Assembly (NCBI GenBank): GCA_003344405.1
Contig: NOWV01000028.1
Location: 186,001-250,000, forward strand
Source of the DNA: Trichoplax sp. H2
Lineage: Eukaryota
Reading direction: 5' to 3'
DNA length: 64,000 nucleotides
Below, in pieces: positions 14,301 to 27,616 of the stretch (the stretch's first letter is position 1; each line of letters begins with the position of its first letter). The notes beneath the pieces were generated by a model that worked only from the letters and a program-made list of their open reading frames with translations, made no database searches and was not told the origin of the DNA. Position numbers and translations under genes: made by a program.

Positions 14301-17300
14301 ATAAATAAAATGATTGATGTCCTACTACACACCATCTTTTAGTATAATTTTGCCTATCATTTTCGTCTTGACCTTGATTTGGGCATAAATATAAATATCC
14401 ACTCATGTTATTGGATACAAAACGATTAGTACTTGTATTTGCCTCTTTATTCAATGCTTGACTACCATCCTGATCGAGATCTTTTACAGGTTCTACCTCA
14501 GCATGGTCGCCATTGCTTTCATCTTGTGAGTATTCGTCTTCACTAGTGGTAATAGGGTTGCAATGTAATATCTGTTGGCCATCCATTTTATGATCTTTTG
14601 TGTCTTCGGTTAAAGTCATTTTGGAGTCGCTATTAGCAAGCTTTTGAGCAAAATGATTATTCAAGGTATGTCCGTTAGATTCTACTCGTAAACTAGCCAT
14701 TGCCTTGCCGATCTTACGTTCATCGCTATCGAAATCATTGTTCGTATTGGCATCTGAATTTTTAAACTTTGGCTCAATAGTATAGATATGATTAATATGA
14801 GTACAGTCTGGACGGTTAGAGATTGAATGTAAATTAGTTAACGATGAAGATAATTTTCGATTAAGAACCTATAGGAAAAACCATATTTGAAAAAACAAAT
14901 TAATAATATAATTATAGTCAGGCAACATTATCTTGCACAAAAGCAAAATAAGGCGTTGTTTTTTTAAGTTTATGAGACAGGCGCAGCTGTTATTAAACAT
15001 TTCGCATCTTATTGATGGCAGAGATTAGAATTTATAAGGTAATTAATTACTTTAATTAATTTTAATGCAGAAATGATCACAATAGATTGCTTCCTCAATT
15101 GTAAGTAAAGCTCAAGTTCTTACAATACTGATGTGCTAAAACGATTATGATATCATTAATAATCAGCGGCTAAATATTGTAGTTAAAAGCATATTTTGCT
15201 TCATTTTAATGGTGTAAAGTCAAGTCCTTATTAATCGTAACATTCTTACTAACGCAGTGGCGATATTTAATCGTCCAGACCAATTTCTTGCCAACTAGCA
15301 AAACGATCTCTAGGTGTTACAACTTTAATGTCAAGATACACAATTTTGTAGAGGTAACATTTTAATTTTTAATAAAAAATAGCATGATCATTTACGGTAT
15401 TAATTATACCACACATGTCTTTATAGGCATCTAGAATTCTTTTAAATTATTCTAGGTAAGCATGAAACCCTCGTAGTTAGATATGTCTTGCAGTTTTTAT
15501 CCCAAATGATAGCCAATTGAACCGTTTTAAATACTATTATCCGCTATATCTAGCAAAAATTGGTTAATCTATGACTTGGTAAACGGACTTGAAAGTTATC
15601 GTACTAGCCGTAGTAGCGCTATTTCCGATGCAAAATTAGACATACCATACTAGTAGAATCCGCCTTCATGTCATGTCACGCTGTCTATTAACTAAATTGA
15701 CTGATCAGCTCTATAGCCTAATCGGTAAAACTCTCATTTCAATGTTCATATCTTATTCAAGACTGCTATGCTGGAAATTTAGTAGAAAAGCTTTGCTGCA
15801 AGTAAATAATTCTATAATCAATTATAAGCTGACCTTTTCGTAGTTTGGTCAGTAAACCTTTAGACTTAAACGCTCTCGTCTACCTTATTCAAGACCAACA
15901 TGAAACATTATCAAGTTATAAAGATTACGAATTAGCCGCTAATTATGACTTGCGGTACCTGATAATTAGCCTGGAAGGATGAAAAACGTCCATTGCATGA
16001 TATAATGAATTCATCATACTGGTCAGCATTCATCATAAGGTTTATGATCAATATTAAAGAGTGAACTTACTATGTTGTGTCTACTGTAGGAAAATCATGA
16101 TTGAGTGAACACAAAGTGAAGGGGTATCTTATGGCATGAACTTCATAAAATAACTTTTCAGCCATCTATTCTCTTTCTTATTAACATATTCTTGTGAATA
16201 ATAGCATATTACTGTATTATGTATCCCACGTGAGATTTGGATAGCAAAAGAAAAGTTCATCTAGAAAGACCTTAAATATATTATTAATGGACTTTGGGAT
16301 ATATTTATAGACGTACAGGAAAGAGTTGCATGAGAAAATTTGCTAAGTAAAATTTTACCTAAAAACTCAATTCGATCATAAAAATAGAGCAATATTGCAG
16401 TAATATGCCGTAGTAAGTCAAGACCACAATTTTGCTTGCAATTTGACCTATGCTAATGAAGGGGTAACGATAAATAATAGCCCTATTTATGGCAGAAAAT
16501 TTGAACGCAAATATACCAAACATCAGAAATAGTAGCCTCTACACTAACAGGTTATGTAATATATCAAAATGACGGCAATATTTAGTTTTCAAGTAACTCG
16601 TAATCTAAAATGTTGATGAAAATTTCATTACTGGAATTATGACGAAAATATCGAGCTTTTACAATCTTGTTAATTAAGAAAAATTAAAAACGAGATCAAA
16701 TTGATGTTCTACCCGAGCAAAATGAAAATTCAAAAAGAATAAGTATGATGATCATTTAATAACAATGTCTCAAACATTGTCGATTAAATCAGAATAATTT
16801 TAATATGCGATAGCCCGCTATCAAAATCAAATCTAATTTATAATGACACTCAATGATGCGTTAAAACTTACAACTCATAACTATAAAACCAGACAAAATC
16901 ATCTTTTCAGCATTTTACACGTTGTTATTAAGCTAGTAACTTAAGTTATGAGTCATCTTTTCTATTGATCATGTTAATATTATACACATTTCAAAATTAT
17001 AGAAACGAAATAAAAGGAGAAAAACCGTACCGTCACATAGTAGGTAATTGCTATTTGACATCAATATCATTTGTCTCCAATTTCGCCAATAAATCAAAGC
17101 TGATCGATAACACTTTCTGACACCTTGGCTTACAAAAATATTTTTTCGATGTCTACGATAGTTTGATTGCTTAATTGCCAGTAGAAATATAAAATCAAAT
17201 TTGTTTTGTTTAATCGTGTTGATTTTAAATGAGGCCAATAGAAATAAGTGATCCTGAACTCGTTTATTCTTTTTGCTTTTTTTTATTCTAGCTTTATCAT

Positions 17301-20300
17301 GCCATTTGTTGAATAATTCATAATATGATCATACGTTAATTAGCATTCCTAAGCTTTATTAAGGACAGTATTGACCTTTTTCCATAGAAAAAGACTCTTC
17401 ATTGAATTCTTAGCTGAGGAAATGGATTGCTTTGTATTACCCTTTTAGTTAACTGTTAAAATAATACACACGTAAACCTTCAATCTATCAATCAACATCT
17501 GCCTAAGCAAATAGAATCGCTGTGTAACAATATCAAATGGGCTTCATCGTTGTATATTAAGTAAATCATATAAACAAATGATATAGTACGTCAATGGTGT
17601 CGCTAAATCCTTTTTATACATCAAAGAAAAGCTCTACTTTAGTTCTGTTTGATTAGATGAAAGCAATAACGATATCAATGTTTTTAAATTAAGACTGCTA
17701 CTAAAGTCCATAACTTAATTCAATGTAATCACTTTTTTCGTAGTGATGGTAATATTCTCTTTCATGACGACAAGACAATTGGGAATGGTATCCTCATGAA
17801 CAGCTAATAATGGGTTACCTTCGTTTCATTTCTGCCAACTTAGCTAATGAATTAAAATATGCATTAGCAATAACAACAACTAGACAGGATGCTCTAAAGC
17901 AATCACTCAAGTCGATAGCTTATATTTAATGTTAAATAGGACATACAATACACCATCTATAAAAGCGATGATACGACAGTATTTAGTGAGTATTCACTAA
18001 TTTCTTTCCTAACTAAATAAAATGGCGAGAACTACCATTGATTAAAATAATCTCTTGAGCCTAGAGGTTCAATCTACTGTATTTATTTTTCATATAAGTA
18101 ACAATGTCATTCTGTCAACAAGATTCACTGGCATCAGGGACTAACTAGAACAACCGTTAGTAATATGTTAGTGAATATTCACTCATTTCTTTTCAAACCA
18201 AATAAAGCCGTGCTCTACTATGAATAATCTCTCAAGCTTAGAGGTATAAACGTAATGTATTTATTTTTAATATAAATAATAAGGCCATTTCTTTCAATTG
18301 CACTAACTGGCATCAGGGAACCAACTAGAACAACAGCTCGTAATATGTCGGCGAGTATTTACTTGTTTTTTCAAATAGAATGAAATAGAAAAGCCTGTCA
18401 TGGATTATAACAATCTCTTGAGTCTAGAAGTTCAAATCTACTGTATTTATTTTTCTTGTAAGTAACATTATCATTCTGTCAACAAGATTAACGAGCATCA
18501 GGACCCCAACTAGAATAATCGTTAGTAATACGTTAGTGAGTATTCTCTTATTTTCTTTCCAAACGAAGTAAAATAGGGAAATCTACCTTGAATAATTTCT
18601 TGAGCCTAGAGCTTTAAACCGACTGTATTTATTTTTCATAAAAGTAATAATGTCATACCATTAGCAATATTAATTCGTATCTGTGAGTAATTTGCATCTT
18701 TTTATCAGCTAAATAATAGTACCCATTTTCTAACTACTATGGCGAAAGAATGCCTGTATCTAAGATAAGCTGTTAATACTATATTTTGTATCTAGAATTT
18801 ATAAACAAATCCAATTAAAAATTCGAATTAATAGGAAAGCCTTTTAATGGATACTGTCTTGAAAGTATGGTCGATATATTTTCTGCTTCTATTTTATAGT
18901 GAAAATAATTTTCATCCATCTCTAATTCCATTACACAAGTATTTCTCTCATCTCCGATAAATGAATGTTCAGTATTGTAGTATAACAATTATTTTATCCA
19001 CTTTACTCCTTTATTAAAGGGAGAGAACTACTGCATACTACTGCGAAAAAAATATCCATACGAATCAAACAGTAAAATCAAAAGTAAGCTGCATACGCTA
19101 TGACTAGCTACAATAGTATTCAACCATAGTCATTATGGTAATTGTTGAGGAAAAATTAAATAACAAATCAAGATAAAAGAGCATTGCTACTTGTTGTTAT
19201 TTTTCAATCAGAAAAGCTAAGTATGTTTTTTTCCGTAATGGGGCCCAAAATGGTAAACAACAACAATTTCTATAGCCATTGGATTATTCCAATAGCATCC
19301 ATTGATATTTACTTTTGCCCTCCAAAAAAACAATTACTAGAAGTAATTTGTCATCTCATTACAGTCCAAAAATAAATGGGATAATCAATGATTTTTTTCA
19401 GTTTTTCTTCCCTTACAAATGAGGGAACTTGTGAGCTTGAAGTAAACAATCAAAGATGAATGATATAACGGTCTAGAATTATTTTTGTACATTGATTTCA
19501 TGTAGTAGTTCAATAAACTATCATAAATACATCCATGTCATTTAGAATGGCAGAAAATGATAGCGTTTTATGGGATTATCCTGACGTAGTAAATAAAATT
19601 GGAGCTATGTTGTTCGCTACTATTAGTATTACTTAAGCGAACGTAGACAACACTCAACAAGTTTTTATAACGATATTGAGTTATGAAACCTGTAGAAAAG
19701 GCTAATCATTAGCTTTGATAATAAATGTTAGGAATTAATATATCAATTTCTAAAATGCTTATTCTAGTTTTATACTCTCTAAAACTCAGATAGTATCTGA
19801 GGGAACTTACGAAATAGTTGATAATAATAGCTATGATCTTTTTTATAATCTTTCAAATATAAAGACAATTTGAAATATTATTATTCAATCACTAAGCTAA
19901 CATAAAAGAACAGTAGGATCATGATGATAGAGAATCAAGACCATCTGAAGTGCATCACTTGCTATGACTTCCTTAATTCATATATATGTTACGGCCAATG
20001 TCGGTAATATATATATAACCTATATATATATAGCGGTACTTGTTCTGGTTTTATATTATCTAAAACTCAGATTGTACCTACTAAGGCTTAGGAGAGGATT
20101 CATACTAGTTTCGATGATCTTTTTAGCTATTTTTCAAATATAAATCTAATATAGGATATTATGTTCCAATCACTAAGTTGGCAAGTAGGAATAATAGGAC
20201 CATGATGATAGAGAATCAAGACCACCTAAAGTACGTCACATACTATAATTTTCGCAATAACAAATTTTTGTTTGCTGCATTATGTAGCATTGCTTTGTAT

Positions 20301-23300
20301 TTAGTGATCTTAATTCCATTAATAACATAAATTCGAAGTAAAGGTCACTTCAGAAGGTACCAGTCGTAAATGTCATATTAAAAGTATTCCACGATTATCA
20401 TTGTACTGTATAACTATTTACGCAAGATTATCTTACGTAAGCAAAGTGTTTTGCAGAAGTAATTTGTTCATTATTCTTCCTTACCAAATACTTTATTGCT
20501 GAGTTTTGTTCAGTAAATTGAATTATTACTATCTCATGTTTAAATTAAAAACAATCCAATTCTTCAAATAAGAGGCATTACATCACTACCTCAGAGGGAT
20601 TTTATAAATTAATTATTATTCTTAATGACGGAGTTTCATTGATGATCTTTACATTAACCATCTGCTCAATACTCATCAGCTTATGCAGTATTTAGCTAAC
20701 GTAATTATATCCTGGATATACACTAAAACAACTAGATTTGTTCCAAAACTACCGTACCTTATGGTCTATTTATAAGGACAATAAACTCTTAACCAATTCT
20801 TAATTGACTGTTTGATATTTAAAACAACAATTGGATGACTGTTGATTTTTGTTACCTGCTTGACGTGAAGGGTTGTTTTCATTAATTTCAATATACCTCA
20901 TCGTAATCACTGCAATGACAGTTTAAAATATTGTATACCTTACTATTTAACTGTTTTGAGGAAGGGACGTGACAATAACTATCATCAAGTGAAAGGCTTG
21001 TATCAGTGCCGCCTATTTGATTTTCCGTATTAGTCATCTTCGTATACGTCAATAATAATAATAATAAAGTTCCCCTTCTAATTTGTATAAGGCAATAGCA
21101 TGAGTCAGTCTAAGTAAGCAAGAATTCAATGATTTCATGATCGTATTATGAATCTTTGACGTAATATTTAGAAGTGTTCTGCTAGTATATAAATTAATCG
21201 CTTTTCTTACACCTGTGAGACTAATATCATAATTAGCAGTCAATTCTTTCGCCCATTCTTCTAGTTAGTTAGGAATCAGCTGTTCATATCTAATATCAGA
21301 CTTAGAATTACTTAACGTGCACTATAGTACAATAGATTAATATTATTAATCTAAATTGTAATAAGAGAAAATTAAGCTGCCACAGAAACTAAGCACCACA
21401 AGTCTGCTGTCAGTTTTGTCCTCCTTGACATTTACCTATAGTATGGCTTTAAATACTGACAATCTCTTATCGCCAGGAGGAACAATAGTACCTCTAGTCT
21501 TTAAACAAACTGAACCCAAAACCTTATTGAAATCAGTCAAATTATAGTCAATATACGTAAATGTTAGTTATCAGTACTCAGATAATGTTATAAAATTGTA
21601 CTTTTATCTATTTAAAATATATAAAACGTCATAGATAAATCAATATTAACGAATACTTAGATAGGTTATCTTAATATTGAAATTATGTAACACAGCTATG
21701 CAAAAGTTACTTAGTAACCCCTGATTACGAAATTATCTCATTCATGTAATGGTACCGCATTTCTTACATATATAAGATGGAAAATAACAGTTGTAGTCTA
21801 TTCTGTCGATCATTTGTCATCATTTTATGCGTCAATAATAATAATAAAGTTCCTCTTCCAATATATTTAAGGCAATAGGATGAGTCAGTCAAAGCAAGCA
21901 ACAGTTTAAAGTTTTTCATGATTGTATTAAAATTCTTGACGTAATATTACTATGTGTTCTGCTTCTACATAAATTCGCCATTTTCCTCAAACATTTGAGA
22001 CTAAGAGCAAGACTTGCAGTATATTCTTTCGCTCATTTTTCTTCTTGGTTAGAAATCAGCTTTTCATATCTTATATCACGTTATAACTAATTTGGATTTA
22101 GATTTACTTGATATGCACTGTATTGCAATAAGCAGATTACGAATTATCTCATTTATTCTTTTTCCCATATAATATACCGCATTTCTTTCCTATGTGAGAT
22201 AAAAAATAAGAATTGCAACTATTCTTTTGATCAGCTGTCATCTTCGTATATACACCAATAATAATAATAAAGTTACCCTTTTAATTTATTTAAGGCAATA
22301 GCATGAGTCAGTCAAAGTAAGAACAGTTTAATGTTTTTCATTATCGTTTTATGAATTTTTGATGAAATATTGATATGTATTCTACTTTCATATAGACTAA
22401 TACTAAGCATTGCATTGTATTCTTTTGCTCATTCTTTCATTAATTAGAAATCAGCTTTTTATATCTAATATCACTTTGTAACTAATACAGATCTAGATTT
22501 ACTTGACATGCACTGTAGAGTAATAACCAGTTTACGAATCATCTGATTTATCCTGCTTCCCATATAATGCCCTGTAATTCTTGCCTGTATGAGGTGGAAA
22601 ATAAGTAATGCAGTGTATTCTTCCGATCATTCCCTACTTAATTTCCTTTAGGAATCATCGATTTTTATAGTATCATTTTCTGGCTATTTTAGGGCTATAT
22701 TTGCATAACATATGACATAGTGTTTAAATTTATTATCAATTCCCCCCCCCCCCTCTACTTTTCATTTAGTGTTCCGCATTTCTGCCTATTTAAGATTAAA
22801 TGTAAGACTTATAGTCCTATCTTTCGTCCATTATTACTCTAATTATTAATTTGAGATAAAGATTTTCAATACCGATATCACTTTCAAACGACTGTAATTT
22901 AGATTCATATCCCGTTAAACCATAAAGTTGTAAATTCATCCTAAGTAGCGATTATTTTTATTTGTAATGTGTCCCTTACCGGCAAGAAATTTCTTGCTTA
23001 TTTCAATTGTGGTTCTAATACTGAGTTAAAATCATTTTACTTCTAGTCCTTATCATCTACTTTACAGTATCTCATATTGGATAAATTAATTGCTTCTCTC
23101 CATTCTCAATCTAGCAATTAGATACGTAATTTTAATAATTCTATTCAATATTATTGATGTTATGAATACGTAAAATGGGACGTAATAATTAATTTAAGGC
23201 TTTCTCAACCGATATAATTTCAATGGTTCCATCAAATGCCATTAGGGCAACGTAAATCTGAAATTGTATATTTTAATTTATTCGTTCCATTATCAGCCTA

Positions 23301-26300
23301 GCAATACAATATACAATTTTAGTAGCTTCTACAAATACTTCTAATCTCATACATATCTGAAATGAGACATGTTAATTAAATCACTGTATTCTCAACTTAG
23401 ATTTATAAATATAAGAGTTCTAGTAAAATCCCATCAATGCGAAGTATATTTGAGAAGGGATTTATTAATTAGTTCACTCTAATTATCCATTCAGGCATTA
23501 ACTTCCCCAAGAAGTCTTTGTACATTATCCGCTTTAAATATTTAATGGCCAACAAGAGAAACCAAATAAATCCCTCAATAATGGTTTGTAAAAGCAGCTG
23601 ATAATGCTAACTCATTTAATCACTAATGTGTTATGCTCACATTAGAATTTTGCTGAATATAAGATACAAGGTGATATAAAATTTGAAGTGACGGATGCTT
23701 AGTTGATTACGAAATTACTGACATACTAAACGTAAACAAGTCATTTCAGATATGGATATTACAATCACAAATATTAGTCATGAACTTCATATTTAGTAAA
23801 TGCATAATTCTGAATTATTGATGACGTGATTAATTATCGGATGGCCAGATGCAACCGTTTTAAATTATACTCCTATTTCAATGAAAATCTTGTTTATAAT
23901 GAGGCTATGATTAACTGGAATATTATTTATATTATATACGAATCTCTACAAGCAAGTAAATGAAAAATAATAGCTGATGTTACACGGCTTGATATACGAG
24001 GTAGACTAGTACCGATTATATCCGTACACAAATAATTACTGGAAGAGTAATACTAATTAATATCCGGTTATAAAGTAAATTTTCTGATTTATCGAGGGGA
24101 AGAATACTTATTTTATGCTAAAATTCGCTCCTTTGCCATAATAAATAAAATTAAGGAATCAATTTTAATTTTTTTACATCAAGAAAATTAAGGAATATCA
24201 ATCAGTATTTTATTCGTCATTTTTATTGTTCCACAAATTGATTACATCATGCCCATAGTAGCCAAACAGTTTTATACGGAAATTTGAAACTGATTCTTTA
24301 CTGCACATAGTACAGTTAGATATTGAACTAAATTTATTTCTAAAATGCAATTGGAAAGCAAATTTATTGTAACATCTCGATAATATCATTTAGGATCTTT
24401 TATTCAGCGATTTTTATATTCCTTAGTCCAAAAAATGAATAAATCGTTTCTAATTTCCAACAGATAATATCCTTCATATCGGAGGTGAACTCAGACTTGA
24501 TATAAAACTCTTGCTCACTATGCATTGAAAAGATCATCTATGGCCCTTTTTCAGTAATTTTAAAACCTTGAAATTTAAGGAAAATAGATTGATTACAGCT
24601 CTAATTTGCAACTGTCAAATTGATATTGAACTCTCACACTCGATGATTGAATGACATCATCCTTAATATCATTCTAAGATTTCTTAGCCAAAGAATTGCA
24701 GAAATTTAATAAACTAGTTTGAATGCCTCTCCACGTAATTTAGAACAGAAGTGTGATTTGTGTTACTTACGTATAAGCTTAGTTCTCATTCACAACTATC
24801 AAATTGTCATTGAACTCCTACGTAAGATGATTTAATGACATCATTCCTAGTATTATTCTGAGATTTCAAAACCTAAAAAGCTGAAGTAACTTAACAAAGC
24901 CGGCTCGAAAGCCTCTCTAATTAAAACATAAACTTAATTTGCCGTACATAGAAGCTCAGAAATCATTGTATGTCTTTCAAGCTTGATTTGCCTGCATCGT
25001 GCGTAATCGCACTCAGATTTTAACAACTAATTTTTAGTTTAATAAGAGATTAAACAGTAAGCATCTCCATTTTTCAGCAGAAATGACGTTTATATCTATT
25101 ACGTTAATAAATAATTTCATGCATGCATAACCCTTAATGACTAATTACGATCATTACGTCATCGATATGTCTTTTTCCCGAAATTAGAAATTACTTTCAT
25201 CATTTATAGAAAATTTAATGATTAAGATCTAACTTTTTCAATGTAATTACTATTCTTATGAACCAAAGCTCATAATTAATCTATTACCTCTAGCTTGATT
25301 TAATTAGACAATTTTCAATTCATTGTCTACCTTAATAAATATTTTTCTTCTAAATTTATAGATCATAATACCCATTCCTGATATCTATCTAGAAATTGTA
25401 AGTTAAATGAATGTCTGAACTTTATAAATAGCTCAATGAAACTAATTCTTATTTATGGAAAGAGAATATTACAGATTATGCTGGTTGGTATAGCAATGTT
25501 TGATTTCCAACTTTAATTAGTATTTGATAAATTGATGTAATACGATTCACTTTCTGAAGTAACACTTTTTGTCTACAAAAACTTATTTCTGTCGGATCTA
25601 GAGTCATAAATGATATCATTTTATATCCTCGAAGATTTTTAAATTACATAATTATTTTAAAAGCACATTCGAAATTAAATTTAATTATAAGACTACTTGG
25701 TGTGTAACTTTGATTAGCATTCCATAAAATATCATAACGGAAGTAATTTACTATCGCGAAAGTAATATGATTGGAAAACTTTCAGATGACAAGAAACTAT
25801 TCTTATTGGATCTGAAGTTATTAATGACATCATTCGCGACATCTATCTGCGATTTCCAAATTAATTGGTTATTACAAAAGAAACATATTCAAAATAAAGT
25901 TTAAAGTATAATGGCAATATTTTGTATTGAATTATGGTGTCTTAAAAAGATATTTCATGTCTTCAATATCCAAATTATCTACTTTGTGCATCTGCTAGTA
26001 AATCGATGAGATCATACTGACTAAATTATTTGCATAATAAGAAAGTAAACATACGTGATTATTTACATCATACCAAGTCACAAAATACATGAATATGAGT
26101 CAGAAAAGGGTCTGCGTATAATTAAACAGAATCTATCTTGAAGCGATCATTTTAACTTGTCTTTTTTCTCACCAATCATAAACCTTTGTCTAAGGGCAAA
26201 TTGATATTTCTTTATCTTCATTTAAAATAAAATTGAAATATTTTATTTATTGATTTATGAGGTTTTGTTTCCTCATATTTTGTTATTCCTCTAATGAACT

Positions 26301-27616
26301 ATTGGTCTAGTAGCCGGTACAATGCTTGCAAAGAGTTAAATTAAACTTTCAACGATTTTCTCTTATCGTTCATTATTGACGTAGTATAAATTGCAATTAT
26401 TTTAGATAGTTAATTTTCTGTGATATTAGTATATTTAAACTCGAAAATGTGAATCCAAAAGTGATTAATATAACCTACCTGTATTGCCTATGTATATCAA
26501 TTCATTATTTTATCGTCAATATATTTGATTTTCTAAGATTAATATTCCTAACCATATGTAGTCTATCCGTCGATCAGTCATTTATATGCTATTGCATGTC
26601 ATTCCATCGCTCATTTTATTACCATCTGCTCGGAAAACATCCTATTGGCTTTTTTATCATGATTACTTTTACAACCAATTAAAATAATGTTCAACAGAAC
26701 ATTACCTCATTATTATATAATATTTAGCCTATTAGTTACAGTACTCATTGTAAAGTAAATTAATAAAAGGCTCTATTTCACTTAATCATGATATGTATAA
26801 CATAATCAATGATACCTTTTTCTCACTCATTTTCTATTACTTATGACGTTGAATATCTAACATTGACCAGGTGCTTGTTATGTTATTTATGCCTTTAAAA
26901 ATATTATTTATAGAACGGTCATCATCGTCACTTTATTGTCTGTATGATTCTAATGAGGTTTAGATAATATCTTTCTTAAATGAATCAATACCTTTTACTG
27001 TCAGTGTTGGATTTTATCTGATCTTATCTTACTTTAAGTAAGCATGAATGGATATCAATGATGATCGTCGAAATTGTTGCACCTTAAATTTTATCCCCCG
27101 AATTGCCAGTAACACATTTATAATTGATTGCAAAAAGATGATAACATAGTATCACTACTATCTAATTGAGTCAATATCCTCGTTGAATAAATTATGCATA
27201 ACTTTGAAATCAAATAGAACGATGCCCAACTTAATAACAAACTTTATAGGTATATCCTTGTTACAATATTTCAACTTACTTTATGTGCATATTAAAACTA
27301 ACCTGTTTACAATTTGTTTCATAATCGGATTGTCCTGCAGATCCACAGCGTATTACCACATCACCCTGTAATGCATCCTTTACTAGTGGGTTATATTGAC
27401 TAGTATGATTAATATTGTCTGGAACATCTGTTTTATCCTGCTGACAGTTTGATTGTGATTTAAAGCCTTCTAATTGTCGTAGAAGCCATTGTCGTTTACT
27501 TTCTGAAGTCTGACTCAAGTGTTCATCAGCTAAATCACTCAGTAGGAAGTCTTTTAATTTATCCAATTGTTGATCTAATTCGTTATGTTCGATTGTCGCT
27601 TCTTCTATTCTAGGGA
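11329..27616 (-). CDS. Tandem-PH-domain adaptor, AFAP1/SKAP-like (N-terminal helical hairpin, PH1, PH2, C-terminal coiled coil); ~920 aa, 5'-incomplete
   Basis: Exons 27303-27616 (ttgcag|TC, ends CAG|gttagt), 13963-14868 (ctatag|GTT, ends AAG|gtgaga), 12024-12974 (atatag|GGA, ends ACG|gtgagt) and 11329-11919 (ttcag|GCT, stop TAA). The three internal junctions are phase 0 and in frame. PH1: MSGYLYL...YTKRWCVV...QQDSWVNAI. PH2: CYGFLERK...KWTSYWFTL...RTSWIYALSQA. Linkage of the 27-kb exon is inferred from phase compatibility and domain logic; the three downstream exons are more secure. Confidence 0.75.
13470..13830. repeat. Degenerate tandem repeat in the PH-gene intron
   Basis: tatccaaaaatgctagacaa at ~13481 and ~13753. 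The subunit gctaaacaacgt...ccttttaatgt occurs three times in variant form. Confidence 0.75.
17980..18665. repeat. Degenerate tandem repeat, ~182-bp unit, ~4 copies (intronic)
   Basis: Anchor atttattttt recurs at ~18081, 18259, 18445 and 18627, together with tctcttgagcctaga and gcatcagg..aactagaa. Confidence 0.85.
19775..20250. repeat. Degenerate direct duplication, ~280-bp spacing
   Basis: ctaaaactcagat ... catgatgatagagaatcaagacca occurs twice. Confidence 0.75.
21020..22630. repeat. Degenerate repeat, ~420-bp unit, 3 copies (intronic)
   Basis: caataataataataaagtt...aaggcaatag.atgagtcagtc, with tgagtca at 21101, 21881 and 22304. Confidence 0.85.
24610..24950. repeat. Degenerate tandem duplication, ~185-bp unit
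   Basis: caact.tcaaattg..attgaactc...gatgatt.aatgacatcat occurs twice. Confidence 0.7.

Noticed and set aside
17980..18665. Regular repeats as a possible CRISPR array or repeated LRR exons
   Set aside because: Whole units are homologous with no unique spacers, the context is eukaryotic, and no consistent open frame or splice sites were seen.
21049..21243. 64-aa ORF inside the ~420-bp repeat
   Set aside because: Non-ATG start, no domain similarity, and it lies in a degenerate repeat whose copies carry indels.
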